64,000 bases of DNA from Amphiscolops sp. MND2022 (GCA_964187785.1 OZ076413.1:45572001-45636000), one strand, 5' to 3'. Positions 1 to 10,448 are shown, numbered from the stretch's first letter. The notes: generated from the letters alone by a model not told the origin. Program-made: numbers and translations.

Positions 1-138
1 CCAAGGGATTACGAGCGAGAACAAAAAGAACGAGTCGAAAACGACAAAGGAATGGAACTCCTACGACAATTCCTTAGAAAAAAGACAACCAATCAACGCA
101 CAGAAGAACCACCAGCAAAAAAGATCAAGTCCATGTAG
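1..138 (+). CDS. 3' end of an upstream Polinton ORF with a C-terminal NLS-like motif
   Basis: Frame 1 is open from base 1: PRDYERE...EEPPAKKIKSM*, stop TAG at 136-138. Confidence 0.45.
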   Translation, partial: PRDYEREQKERVENDKGMELLRQFLRKKTTNQRTEEPPAKKIKSM

Positions 139-259
139 GGAAATGGACGTGTCAAGTTCCTATTGGCTGTTCCATACATAGTCATTTTTCAAGCAACTAG
201 AATTCATTTCATTTCAAAACTCACTACAATCAACACGCTCTACAACAACAACAACAACA

Positions 260-842
260 ATGTTCTTCTCAGTCTCCAACAACGGAACCCAGTGGACTCT
301 GGACTTTTCACCGGACTCTGTCACAATCATAGTGAAAGATATGGTCCAAGACTTGACAATTTCCTCCTTGGAACTTCCAATCGCAGCCTTCAACTCTTTG
401 ATAAATCAAAGACAACAGTTCCTGGACAACCATTTAGCTCGCGTCCCCATAACTCTCAATCAGCAAGGCACGTGGGAGATGCAAGACGAGGTCCGGGCTA
501 GCGTTGATGACCACGATGCAAGCAGCGATTTCGTTCCCAGTGACTTGGATGATATTCAGTTCCATTGGGAGAATCCGAACATAGACATGGATGCTGTGTA
601 TCGACCAGGCATCGATACTCCCTTCTCTCCGTCACTGTTTGAAAACATTCCTGTTGCTTGCTGGAAGCGCAGACTACCCCATAGAGATTGACGATGAACA
701 AAATAAAGAGAACGAGTACCCCACAACACCCGAGTCGCAGAGACCCCTGCAACCACCACCGCTGCATAGATCCCTGAGCCGTCCAATTGGGACACGACTG
801 GAAAACATACCAAACTCTGTGTATCGTAGTTTGTTTGAATAA
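260..842 (+). pseudogene. Polinton accessory protein of unknown function, frameshifted
   Basis: ORF 260..691 overlaps ORF 591..842. Acidic/Pro-rich sequence continues after a shift near 655-665 (...ENIPV / AGSADYPIEIDDE...). Confidence 0.5.
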
Positions 843-908
843 TTGTATTTATTGTGTGTATTAAATTGAATTTTTATTATTCACAAATTCTTTTTCAAAT
901 CAGTCGTT

Positions 909-1157
909 ATGAGTGAGACTCTAGCAAAAGTATTAGTAGGAGCGTTTTTTATTGTCATAACTACTAGCTTGTTTATATATCAAGTAAGGACTAAAGAAAA
1001 AATGGGACAAAATCCCGATCCCTGCCTTGAAGAGTACAAAGACTATTGTATGAACGAAGGAGAATGTTTTAGTCATGTGGAAGCAAACATTATAGGTTGC
1101 CTTTGTCCACCACTTTACGGAGGGAAACGCTGTGATAAGTTCTTGTGGTGGTATTAG
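909..1157 (+). CDS. Small membrane-anchored or secreted EGF-like protein (viral growth factor-like)
   Basis: N-terminal hydrophobic segment (VLVGAFFIVITTSLFIY), then C-x7-C-x5-C-x10-C-x-C-x8-C with YxGxRC. The ORF is intact. Confidence 0.88.
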   Translation: MSETLAKVLVGAFFIVITTSLFIYQVRTKEKMGQNPDPCLEEYKDYCMNEGECFSHVEANIIGCLCPPLYGGKRCDKFLWWY

Positions 1158-1227
1158 GAATGTTAGTCTTGTGTAAAACAAATCTCAATTAAAATGTGAG
1201 CAAAAATAAAGCAAAAATTTCAAGTTA

Positions 1228-1632
1228 AAATCAGACGCGTTGTAAAATTTTCCCAAAAAAATACGACACGTTGTAAAATTTTCCCAAAAAAATACGACAC
1301 GTTGTAAAATTTTCCCAAAAAAATACGACACGTTGTAAAAGTTCTACTTTAAAATCAGACAAGAAGTAAAATTTTTTGCTTCAAAATCTGTCTTTTTAAA
1401 ACTGTATCGCAAGTGCAAAATTTGTTGTTTTTACGGAGTAAAATGGGTAAAAACTTGTCTTTTTAAAAATAAAAACGCCTTCCGAATCTGACTTTTTAAT
1501 TTTTTCATCTCGTGTAAAATGAAACACGTTGTAAAATTTTCCCAAAAAAATACGACACGTTGTAAAATTTTCCCAAAAAAATACGACACGTTGTAAAATT
1601 TTTCCAAAAAAATAAGACATGTTGTAAAAGTT
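1228..1632. repeat. Two clusters of ~31-bp direct tandem repeats (ACGACACGTTGTAAAATTTTCCCAAAAAAAT)
   Basis: About 4 copies at 1228-1345 and about 4 at 1515-1632, in an intergenic region between convergent ORFs. Confidence 0.9.
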
Positions 1633-1852
1633 TACTTGTAAAAGTGTGCATTTTAATTTCAGTCAAAAATGAGCTAGTGTTCCGACGACTTTTGTGACTT
1701 AGTAAAGTGGACGATTTATACTTTTGGAGCATTCTTGTTGTTCCTACTAGCCGTTGCTGCAATTGCTGCTCTCATTGGTCTATTTATTGTCATGTTGAGA
1801 CTTCCTATCGGCCTCTACAAGTCTCATTTCGTTGAAGAAAACAGTGGTTAGT

Positions 1853-2215
1853 TCACAAAGATTTAATTTTAAAAGATACTAAATTACTATCATAATTACC
1901 GTAACCATCTAAAAAACAATCTACAATTTTTATTAGTTCTACTTCAAATTTTGTCTTTTTAACTTGTTCAATCCTGTCTGCGAATACCGATCCACTCGTC
2001 TGTGTTGATATTGTCTTTTGCAACGAACTCAGTAAATGTCTCTTGTATTTTTTACGCAACAGCCTCTTTTTTGCTATACTCGGCATTCTTTCAACCGTCT
2101 TGTGGCGTTGATTGAATCGTACAGCTCGTTCAATATTGTCAAACACTTGTCCATTTTTGGTAACAATCTTTCCATCAAAGCGATACTTGAATAATGTATA
2201 AAGACAGTCGACCAA
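1853..2215 (-). CDS. Polinton hypothetical basic protein
   Basis: 120-aa Lys/Arg-rich ORF; possibly one frameshifted gene together with 2175..2603. Confidence 0.45.
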   Translation of the reverse strand: MVDCLYTLFKYRFDGKIVTKNGQVFDNIERAVRFNQRHKTVERMPSIAKKRLLRKKYKRHLLSSLQKTISTQTSGSVFADRIEQVKKTKFEVELIKIVDCFLDGYGNYDSNLVSFKIKSL

Positions 2216-2603
2216 TTGATATGTAAAACAAAGTGTCCAATTTTTGCATCAAGTCATTCTTATCCTTCTCTGCAATGAGCAAAATGTGATATTTACAATT
2301 GGGAACGGTACACATGGAATCTTCGTGTTGTGCAACACAATAGTCTTTGCTGACAAGATACTTTTCATATGTGTTTGCACAAAAGTGTACACTCTTTGTA
2401 GAGTATACAGAGTAAAAACTTGGAACAACTTGCATCATTACAGCAGCCATCTGAACGTTGTGTTTTTGTTGAACAAAATGAATCTGAAAAGATGGAATTG
2501 TTACCTTAAAAGGAATATTCACGTGATTTCCATAAAAGGAAACGCAATCATTACCTAAAAAGGAAGGATGACATACAAATTTTGAATGACAGCGCACAAA
2601 CAT
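2175..2603 (-). CDS. Polinton hypothetical Cys/His-containing protein
   Basis: 142-aa ATG ORF, divergent from the TATA promoter at 2687. Confidence 0.45.
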   Translation of the reverse strand: MFVRCHSKFVCHPSFLGNDCVSFYGNHVNIPFKVTIPSFQIHFVQQKHNVQMAAVMMQVVPSFYSVYSTKSVHFCANTYEKYLVSKDYCVAQHEDSMCTVPNCKYHILLIAEKDKNDLMQKLDTLFYISIGRLSLYIIQVSL

Positions 2604-2668
2604 TACCTTAAAAGGAAATGTCTTCCTTTTATGGAAAACGAGGCGTAAACATTTCCAAATATGGAATA

Positions 2669-2694
2669 GTCACGTGACCAAAGTAGTATAAAAG
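2669..2694 (+). promoter_or_regulatory. E-box/USF site plus TATA box heading the rightward gene cluster
   Basis: GTCACGTGACC at 2669-2679 and TATAAAAG at 2687-2694. Confidence 0.6.
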
Positions 2695-2746
2695 CAAGTA
2701 CAATTTCATTTCCAATAATAATTTCATTCTGAATCGCTAAACAAAG

Positions 2747-3417
2747 TTGCCTTTTCCAGAACCCAACGACAACCTCGACGATTACTACGATCAACCCCTT
2801 CTCACCCAGAACTTACTCTTGACAAGAACCAGCCGCGAAATGGAATCTGCAATGAATGCAACTTTGGACAAATCACTTTGCACCGACTTTGTGGACTTTG
2901 GCAAGCACCAAGATCGATTTGGACGATTTTCGTGGTCCAAAAATGAAAAGAATTACTTGGAGGTGCATTTTAAAGTCTTTAAAAAAGACATTGCCAACGA
3001 ATTCAAGCGATATCAATTTGTTTCGCTGAGACAATACGACTTTAAGCAGTTCTTGAGGTTGCGGAATCAGTTGATTGTTGCTGCCGACAACTTTACAAAG
3101 GAGGAAAATTTGCCTTACATCAATGTTGTTGGGCTGTCAAGAGACATTGACGAACAACTAAAGCACGTTCACAAAGTGATTGAGATTGCAGAAGGGACCA
3201 AGCGCAAAGTGTGTGTTACATTGCTGCGCTACAAAGAGGACAATCCCGAAACATCCTGCGCGCAGATACGACTCTTTACACGCAGGACGGAGGAAGAAAA
3301 TTTTCAACAACTTGTCTATGTGAACTATAAAATTGATGAATTTATATAATTACTAGATGTAATGAATTCTGTTTTAGATCAAGTACTTGATAACAAACCA
3401 CTTTGTAGTATTGTTTG
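2747..3417 (+). pseudogene. Putative PC4/Pur-like ssDNA-binding protein, premature stop at 3347
   Basis: Two repeats of a beta-strand + helix pattern (LEVHFKVFKK...FVSLRQYDFKQF; AQIRLFTR...YVNYKIDEFI). The frame continues past TAA 3347-3349 (LLDVMNSVLDQV...) to TGA 3415-3417. The fold is inferred. Confidence 0.5.
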
Positions 3418-3473
3418 AATAAATTGCGAATTCTTTTTCATAGAACTTTCATTTTTCATTCAACCTAGTAAGA

Positions 3474-3887
3474 ATGAGTTGGAACATTGGGGAAAATAGA
3501 AACTTGTTTCTCAGAGTAAAAACAAAATTGGGACTTTATCATGTTGTCCTTACAACACCAAAATCATCTCCCACAAAAATTACTCTAACAATAGCCGAAT
3601 TGCAACAATTACCAGAGCTCGAACAATGCGAGGACGAAATTTCTTGTCTTAAATGGACAATTTACATTGGTAAACGTAAAATTTGCGTAGGATTGCAAAC
3701 TGATACAGACAAAGTAGACATTGTAGTGTATCGTTATCCCAATAATACGTACCTCAAGGATACTGAAATTGAATTAAAGCTAACAGAGTACAAGACACTA
3801 CTTGCTAAACGATTGTATCTTTTAAGCTACTTGGATACATTCTATAAGCGATGCATCGTATTGGATGAATCCACAATTCATAATTGA
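3474..3887 (+). CDS. Putative PC4-like protein
   Basis: 137-aa ORF; IGKRKICV...KVDIVVYRY...EIELKLTEYKTL resembles the PC4 pattern. Confidence 0.5.
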   Translation: MSWNIGENRNLFLRVKTKLGLYHVVLTTPKSSPTKITLTIAELQQLPELEQCEDEISCLKWTIYIGKRKICVGLQTDTDKVDIVVYRYPNNTYLKDTEIELKLTEYKTLLAKRLYLLSYLDTFYKRCIVLDESTIHN

Positions 3888-4310
3888 GTTGTTTCTTACC
3901 CGAAATGGACGTACTGTTTCTAGTCAACGTGTTTCACTTTTTACTCTGGATTGAAAATTCGCTTTACAAAGCATACTGTACGTAAAAACTTGTTTCTTTG
4001 TGTATGTCATTGCTTGGACGAGAACATTTCACTCCACGAAATGGACCAAGAATTTCCTTTTGGAGGATTGATTGGTTATGGAGACTCTCACTTGGACAAA
4101 ATTTTCCGTTTTTCCAAAGTGTTTAGACTACATGCAATACTACATGACGCTGCCGGCTCTGTTTATTTACACAACGGCAAAGGACCAGGATACTGTTAAA
4201 TGATTGGTCGAGGTCCAAACTCGTGTTTATTGGGTCACGTGACTGGACTTTTGTATTGTCTCTACTTGAAATTGTTTGTTCCCTCCATTTTCAATTTAGT
4301 AGACTTTTAG
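3866..4310 (+). pseudogene. Phospholipase A2-like protein (parvoviral/adintoviral type), disrupted
   Basis: GGLIGYGDSHLD...LHAILHDAAG contains an HD dyad. In-frame TAA at 4197-4199 is followed by MIGRGPNSCLLGHVTGL...* (4310). Probable frameshift near 3950. Confidence 0.45.
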
Positions 4311-4312
4311 TC

Positions 4313-4765
4313 ATGTCGCTTATAGTGTTGGATATTGAACTTGCGGAAAAGAATGTAGTCAAGGGATTGGGTGTTTATATTGACGGACAAGTGTTTGGAT
4401 ATTCCTTTAAACCGCCCAAAAATTATCAACCAACACATCAAACACTCTGGTGTACCCAAAACTTGCACAAAATTGATTGGAAAAGTGGCTCACTAGACTA
4501 TAGCCTTATCAACACCATGTTGGCTGAATTGCGACAATACAGAGCGGAGTACTTTGCAAAAGGATCGGAAAAGTGTAAATTTTTGAGTACATTACTGGGT
4601 AAGGAAGTGGAAAACTTGGATGACTATGGTTGCCCCAAGATTCAACATTTAAACACTGACTGGCTGTGCACTAGCTATCCCTACAGACACAAGACAATTC
4701 TACACTGTGCTGAGCGGAAAGCAAAAACGTTTGGAGAATGGACTGTGCAACATTTCAATTTGTAA
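4313..4765 (+). CDS. DEDD-family 3'-5' exonuclease-like protein
   Basis: N-terminal IVLDIE (ExoI), AKGSEKCKFL...NLDDYGCP and C-terminal HCA motif, typical of Polinton-associated DnaQ-like ORFs. Confidence 0.7.
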   Translation: MSLIVLDIELAEKNVVKGLGVYIDGQVFGYSFKPPKNYQPTHQTLWCTQNLHKIDWKSGSLDYSLINTMLAELRQYRAEYFAKGSEKCKFLSTLLGKEVENLDDYGCPKIQHLNTDWLCTSYPYRHKTILHCAERKAKTFGEWTVQHFNL

Positions 4766-4878
4766 ATTTATTGTACGTCTTTGTATTACTCATTCATACT
4801 AATTTAATTTTTTTGTTCAACCAAAATTTTTTCCACAGGAGATTCATTCTTAAATATACACTCACGCTAGCAAGCAAG

Positions 4879-5133
4879 ATGACTGAGACTAACTTGAACT
4901 TGGAAAAATTTGTTTTTGACGGAAACAACAGTGAACGAAAATCGTGGACGTGCGTGGGACAAACTTGTTCTAGATCATTAATTGTGTTCTTGTCCCAGTT
5001 TTTTATCATTTTGCTGATAATTTTGGGGAGCTTTTGGAGAATTCATTTGGCAACAAGTTGTGAAGAATCTACAGTGTGGGTTGGAATTTTATGTAGCGTT
5101 GCAGGAGTCATTGTTCCAACACCGAGACTATGA
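4879..5133 (+). CDS. Small two-TM membrane protein
   Basis: W-x-C...SLIVFLSQFFIILLII...CEESTVWVGILCSVAGVIVPTP; two hydrophobic helices; the stop overlaps the ATPase start (ATGA). Confidence 0.7.
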   Translation: MTETNLNLEKFVFDGNNSERKSWTCVGQTCSRSLIVFLSQFFIILLIILGSFWRIHLATSCEESTVWVGILCSVAGVIVPTPRL

Positions 5134-5963
5134 ACAAGTTAATTTCCACCAAAAACCGTGTCTTTATGTGCATGGTTGGACCGAGCGAATCTGGTAAAAC
5201 TCAGTTGATTTACGAGTGGTTAACTAATGGAACATTTCAACCCAAATTTGACAAGATTTATTTCTTTTACCAATATTATCAATCACTATACGACAAGATG
5301 CAAAAAGAAATTGATTGTATCGAGTTTATCAAGGGAGTGAATTTTGAGTTGATTGATTCATTGAAAAACAACGGAACAAAGTATCTCCTCATTTTTGACG
5401 ATTCTTGTGAGGAAGTGTGCAGTTCCAAAGAGTTTGTCAAAATTGCTACTGCTGGAAGACACCGTGGACTTAGTACTATATATATTAAACACAACTTGTT
5501 CCCCAAGAGCACGCTCGGACGCGATATTGAGCTACAAACTACACACATTGCACTGTTCAAGTCGGCACGGGATGTTATGCAAATAAATACGCTTAGTATA
5601 CAACTAGGTCTAGGTTCCTCTCTAGTGGATTGGTACAGAGATGCAACGTCTGTTCCTTTTGGTCATTTGCTCATTGATTTATCGCCGCGAACAGACGATA
5701 GATTACGTCACTGCACAAACAGTGGAAAGACTCCATCAAAATTTTACGTGCCAGAGAGTTTGAAGCATTTGACAATTTTGGACGATGAGCACACAAAATC
5801 TCTCTATTCTCCACGCGTTCCAATCATTTTCCCGCAAGTGCAAAATTCAGTTTCTCCAATCGTGTGTGTCCAAAAGAACTATTCGGTTTCTAAGCGAGTG
5901 CGTAGTAAACATACTCAAAGGAAACTTGCAAAACGTAAAAAGACATCACGTTATCAAATATAA
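5130..5963 (+). CDS. FtsK/A32-like DNA packaging ATPase
   Basis: Walker A GPSESGKT, Walker B LLIFDD, and the A32-type GRH...HNLF motif. Confidence 0.93.
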   Translation: MNKLISTKNRVFMCMVGPSESGKTQLIYEWLTNGTFQPKFDKIYFFYQYYQSLYDKMQKEIDCIEFIKGVNFELIDSLKNNGTKYLLIFDDSCEEVCSSKEFVKIATAGRHRGLSTIYIKHNLFPKSTLGRDIELQTTHIALFKSARDVMQINTLSIQLGLGSSLVDWYRDATSVPFGHLLIDLSPRTDDRLRHCTNSGKTPSKFYVPESLKHLTILDDEHTKSLYSPRVPIIFPQVQNSVSPIVCVQKNYSVSKRVRSKHTQRKLAKRKKTSRYQI

Positions 5964-6090
5964 ACGAGAGTTGCACTTACTCTCTTTAAAGCGAACTAAT
6001 TGGAAGCAGAGACGCGATCTCTTGACGTCAGAGAGAGGTTTACAACTGGTTGATACCATTACCCCATTTGTCATTAATCACTTGTCTTGA
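5785..6090 (+). CDS. Conserved Polinton small basic (core-like) protein
   Basis: FLSECVVNILKGN...KYKRELHLL...KQRRDLL motif, recognised from Maverick ORFs that follow the ATPase; overlaps the ATPase 3' end. Confidence 0.65.
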   Translation: MSTQNLSILHAFQSFSRKCKIQFLQSCVSKRTIRFLSECVVNILKGNLQNVKRHHVIKYKRELHLLSLKRTNWKQRRDLLTSERGLQLVDTITPFVINHLS

Positions 6091-6091
6091 A

Positions 6092-6505
6092 ATGGAACAA
6101 TTTGTTCTTGTACCTGCTTCACTTCTCAACAAGCTAAACACAACAAAGTCCACGACGTTAAAAGTGGACCTTCCCAAATATCAACCTCAACAAACTCCTA
6201 CGTCCCAAGTTGATTCGCTGAAAAAGGATATAAACAAAAAGTTGTTTGCCAAGGCAGATTCATTGGTTGATAAACTTTTAGCATCCCCACGTATAAAGTT
6301 GTCTCTCTCTAACACTATCGTGCTAGACGGTACAGATACTGGAGTACTGTTGCAACATTTTGCTCAACATTTGCGTAGAAAAAACGCTGACGTACCCGAC
6401 ATTTACTTTACTTTACTGGACGCAGCCGACATTTCTCCTAGTATAGTCCTCAATCAGAATGCCAAAGCAAAAGAGAGAGGAAACTGGATCCCTTTCAAAA
6501 TCTGA
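6092..6505 (+). CDS. Conserved Polinton protein upstream of integrase
   Basis: Starts MEQFVLVP and ends GNWIPF; packed between its neighbours. Confidence 0.65.
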   Translation: MEQFVLVPASLLNKLNTTKSTTLKVDLPKYQPQQTPTSQVDSLKKDINKKLFAKADSLVDKLLASPRIKLSLSNTIVLDGTDTGVLLQHFAQHLRRKNADVPDIYFTLLDAADISPSIVLNQNAKAKERGNWIPFKI

Positions 6506-7396
6506 GCGACAAAAGCTTCAAAGACTATATACACATGGTCCTGCAGCATATGGCTCTGTGCGAAATCTGGTAAAAGCTAGCAAGCTACCCGTTTCCAAGG
6601 TTAGACAGTTTTTACATTCAAAAGACTCTTATACAAATTTTACACTTGCAACACGCAAGTTTAAACGTATGAGAGCGTTTGCTAGATACAAGAATGAAAT
6701 TTGGTGGATAGACTTGGCATATGTTGATAAACTGGCAAAGGATAACAGAGGAATAAAGTACTTGCTAGTTCGCCAGGACGTGTTTGACAAAACAATAGAC
6801 GTGAGAGGATTGAAAACAAAGGACTCTAAGGAGGCACTTAAAGTTTTTACGCAAATGATTACAAAGCGGAAAAGACCACAAAAGATTTGGGTTGACAAGG
6901 GAAAAGAATTTGCTGGTGAATTTAAAAAGTTTTGCGACAGAGAAGGAATACAGATTTATTCAACAATGAGTGAAACAAAGGCAGCATTCGCCGAGAGAGC
7001 TATTCGTTCATTGAAAAATGTTTTGTATCGCTACATTGAAGACTATGGATACAAGTATATTCACAAGTTGCCTCAATTTGTTACAACGCTGAATACGAGA
7101 AGGAATAGGTCAATAGATATGAAGCCGAGCAATGTTAAAAACTCTGACTTTATGTCTGTGCTATACAGTAAACCAATCAGAGACTTTAACAAACCAAAGT
7201 TCCACGTTGGACACCGCGTTCGAATTTCCAAGCAAGATTTACCGTTCAGAAAAGGATACAAGCCTCAATTTACAAACGAAATTTTTAAATTGTTGCACTT
7301 GCTACACGCAAACCGCCCACATATAATATACAAGATGAACAAGGCGAAGTTATCAAAGGCAAGTTTCATGAAAAGGAGTTGATTAGAGTCATTTAG
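6459..7396 (+). pseudogene. Polinton retroviral-like (rve) integrase, frameshift near 7285
   Basis: DDE triad in WIDLA / WVDKGKEF / AERAIRSLK; FHVGHRVRIS...FRKGY..FTNEIF. The alternative frame gives IVALATRKPPTYIIQDEQGEVIKGKFHEKELIRVI* (stop 7394-7396). Confidence 0.92.
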
Positions 7397-7398
7397 TT

Positions 7399-8202
7399 AT
7401 GGATTCCTTTACAATAGAGTTGGTCTCTAATGCGTCATCTGAACTGTTTCCTGACAATACACTTAGTTCATTTACAAACTTTTTGCCAGATCAAGTCAAT
7501 TTGGAAGGGCAATGGGAGGTTGCAATTTCGGAAATTTCCTATCCTTCAATGTACCAGAATGTTACAGATGGGAAATTTCTATTTTATGACGCAATTTACT
7601 CCAAAACGACAACAGCCTATTACTTGGAACCTGGGCTGTATTCATCCGTACCCGACATTGTTGAAGCAATGAATTTGCTTATACAAGAGAGAAACAATCA
7701 CAATGAAAGTTGCATTACTGTTAAAGTATCTCGTCGCACACAAAAAATTGGACTTTCACTCATTAGTGACGACTCTAGCCTAGTCATTTTCAGTACAAAC
7801 TTGGGAAATATATTTGGTGGCGATGTTGGAGACGACAAGGGGATTTTGATGCGAGGTAAGGGACCTCATGAGCCAAAGTTTGCGTACGATATTGTTCGTA
7901 TTCATTCGCTAATGATTTACACTGATATTGTGGAGTACAACATTGATGGAGACACAAAAGCACCCCTGTTGCGTTGCTTCCCTTTCATTTCTAAGCTGAA
8001 ATCCGGAGACGTAATCACTACTGGACAATACATGAATTACCAAACTTTTAGTAACCTTCAATTTCGTCGCCTATTGAAAAATTCCTTTCATAGTATACAT
8101 ATTGATCTGAGGGACACCTCGGGTGAAAAGATTCCATTTGTCTCTGTTGGAATCACACGTCTTGTGCTAATGTTTAGAAAAGTTTCAGACATTCATTACT
8201 AA
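7399..8202 (+). CDS. Polinton minor capsid protein (penton)
   Basis: SFTIELVSNAS..FPDNT.SSFTN.LP...L.G.WEVAISEI.YP and IYTDIVEY..GD.KAPLLR signatures. Confidence 0.9.
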   Translation: MDSFTIELVSNASSELFPDNTLSSFTNFLPDQVNLEGQWEVAISEISYPSMYQNVTDGKFLFYDAIYSKTTTAYYLEPGLYSSVPDIVEAMNLLIQERNNHNESCITVKVSRRTQKIGLSLISDDSSLVIFSTNLGNIFGGDVGDDKGILMRGKGPHEPKFAYDIVRIHSLMIYTDIVEYNIDGDTKAPLLRCFPFISKLKSGDVITTGQYMNYQTFSNLQFRRLLKNSFHSIHIDLRDTSGEKIPFVSVGITRLVLMFRKVSDIHY

Positions 8203-8220
8203 CAATAAACACTGTGCGAA

Positions 8221-8580
8221 ATGGTTGCCTCAAGAGAACTTGAACTACCGTATTATAGAGGAGTAACAAGACAACGCGGAAGAGGATTTGGAGCACTTGC
8301 TCAAGTTATTGGGAGAACCGCAGTTCTTTTTGTTAAAAAATTTATGGTCCCAGCTGCACGAAGAGTTGGAGCTGACTTGTTGGAGTATGCTGTACCTGAA
8401 ATGGCAGAAGTAATTAGTGGAAAGAAAAATTTAAAATCGGCTGTAACAAGTGTTGGCAAAAAGACGTTGAGAAAACATCTAGGTGGCGGTAGCAAGAGAA
8501 CGCGCAGATTCATTCCTACAAAATCCACCAACATAAACAGTCGCTCGCGCAGAGACATTTTCACAAACATTTCACGCTAA
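8221..8580 (+). CDS. Basic core/membrane-lytic-like virion protein with adenain-type cleavage sites
   Basis: YRG..RQRGRGFG followed by an amphipathic helix; LGGG; Arg-rich tail ending RDIF. Confidence 0.75.
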   Translation: MVASRELELPYYRGVTRQRGRGFGALAQVIGRTAVLFVKKFMVPAARRVGADLLEYAVPEMAEVISGKKNLKSAVTSVGKKTLRKHLGGGSKRTRRFIPTKSTNINSRSRRDIFTNISR

Positions 8581-8582
8581 AC

Positions 8583-9926
8583 ATGAATGCACAAAGTAAT
8601 TTTCGATACCAACCTTTTGTGGCCGTTTCTGGCAGTGTTGGCGGTAAAGTCCCAGTTGTTGATGACGTACTTTCGTCGCATGAACAACAAATTTATCCTA
8701 CAACGTCATTGGATGAAAACTGTATCGAGTTTGAATTTCAAACTGATCGCAACAATTACACTGATTTGCGTCAAACGTATTTGTCTTTGGTACTCAAATT
8801 GGTGAAGCATCGTGGATTTGATTCGTACAAAAAAGAAGCCAAAAAGTAACACAATGAAGGAGAAGATAAAAAGGCTGATGCCGCCGACGACAACGAGGTT
8901 CCCTTAATTACCCATGTGAACAACATTATGCACTCCATTTTCTCCAATGTGGAAGTTTATATAAACAATCAGCAAATTTACAATTCAAATGGACTTTATG
9001 CTCATAAATATTACATTTCCAACAATTTTAAAGGAGCCATTTCTGAGTACAAGGGAGTGCTACATTGTGAAGGTTATGACTTTGAAGCAAATTCAGAAAA
9101 CGCTATGGATAACCTCTTGGAGGATCCATTCTTTTCAAGGGGAATGAAAATGTTCTCCAGACCTGACGGATTTATGCTGTATGGTAAATTGGGTGTTGAT
9201 TTTTTCACCACTTCAGAGCTATTGTACCCAAACATGAAAGTTAGAATACGACTAATTAGAGCTCGACCCAATTTTTACATGATTAGTGACAATCCTAACG
9301 TTAGCCTTGGAATTGTAGATTGTTCGCTTTATAATCGCCGTATTACACTCAGAGACGATTATCACAAGAAGCGAATGGATATGCTAGCATACAGTCCAGT
9401 AGAATATAACTACTTGGAAACACTTGCCAAGACTTTTATCATTCCCGCCCGACAGAATCAATTTATACAAGAAAACATTTTCAACAATGCACCGATCCGA
9501 CGTATCGCCAAAGCAATGAAAACAAATTCTGCCTTTACGGGTTCCTTTACTGAAAATCCATACTGGTATCAACAGTTTGGATTGAGGCACATTAGAATAC
9601 TACGCGGCGGTCAGTCTGTTGTTGACCATGACACGTCCGATAATTGCCGTCTCTATGTTACAACAATGAGAGCAATGAACTTTCATGACGATTTACCGTC
9701 AATCCCAATGGACAATTTCAAGAATCACTATGTGCTCGTGTTTGATTTGACATCAATGCAAGACGCTACTGAACATTGCCACTATCCGGAATTGATTGGC
9801 GAACCATTGCGACTGGAACTCAACTTTAATGAAGCGCTTGAAAGTGTAACAGAAGTCATTATATTGGGTGAACGAATGTCGTCGGTTGCAGTTGACAAGT
9901 TTGGCGTTGTCGGTAAAAATACCTAA
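8583..9926 (+). pseudogene. Polinton major capsid protein (hexon, double jelly-roll), one nonsense codon
   Basis: IEFEF...YTDL..TYL, NNIMHSIFSNVEVYINN, FTENPY, VFDLT. TAA at 8847-8849 is in frame with ORF 8916..9926. Confidence 0.9.
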
Positions 9927-9927
9927 T

Positions 9928-10317
9928 ATGGATGACATTGCATTGCGACAGATTATTGATCGTATTCCTCTCCTCAAGTATCGGTACATCGGCTCATTTC
10001 CCTCCGATCGTGTCCCTAATCTGCCAAATGATACATTTGCTATTGTCAATACTGAACCAAGTTACATGTCTGGCGAGAACTGGGTAATGATTGCCAAATT
10101 TAAACAGCAATGGTATTTTGCAGACTCTCTCGGTGGATCATGCAATTTTCTCAAGCAAGACTACCAAAAGATGGTTCCAGTAAAGTTGCAGTCACATCCC
10201 AGCGTGTGCGGATTCTATGCCATATATTCCGCTTTTCATCTCTTCAAGTTCCAGCAAGAGCAACTTACAGGAGTTCACGATGTTAACGTACTCTCTTTTA
10301 TTAGTAATTATATGTAA
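9928..10317 (+). CDS. Adenain-like cysteine protease (catalytic His apparently replaced by Asn)
   Basis: IVNTEP...GENW (family GEHW), FADSLG, Q...VCGFY. Confidence 0.88.
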   Translation: MDDIALRQIIDRIPLLKYRYIGSFPSDRVPNLPNDTFAIVNTEPSYMSGENWVMIAKFKQQWYFADSLGGSCNFLKQDYQKMVPVKLQSHPSVCGFYAIYSAFHLFKFQQEQLTGVHDVNVLSFISNYM

Positions 10318-10448
10318 CTCATGCTTATTGTAAAGTGCAGTTTATACATGTGATGGTAGTACATTTATACATTATAAGTTAAAGTTTTTCTTTTTAAACA
10401 TGATTTTTTTCTTCAGCACAGTATTCAAGTAATGAGCTAAACCTTTAT

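Noticed and set aside
1228..1632. CRISPR-like array
   Set aside because: The repeats abut with no unique spacers, there are no cas genes, and the context is eukaryotic.
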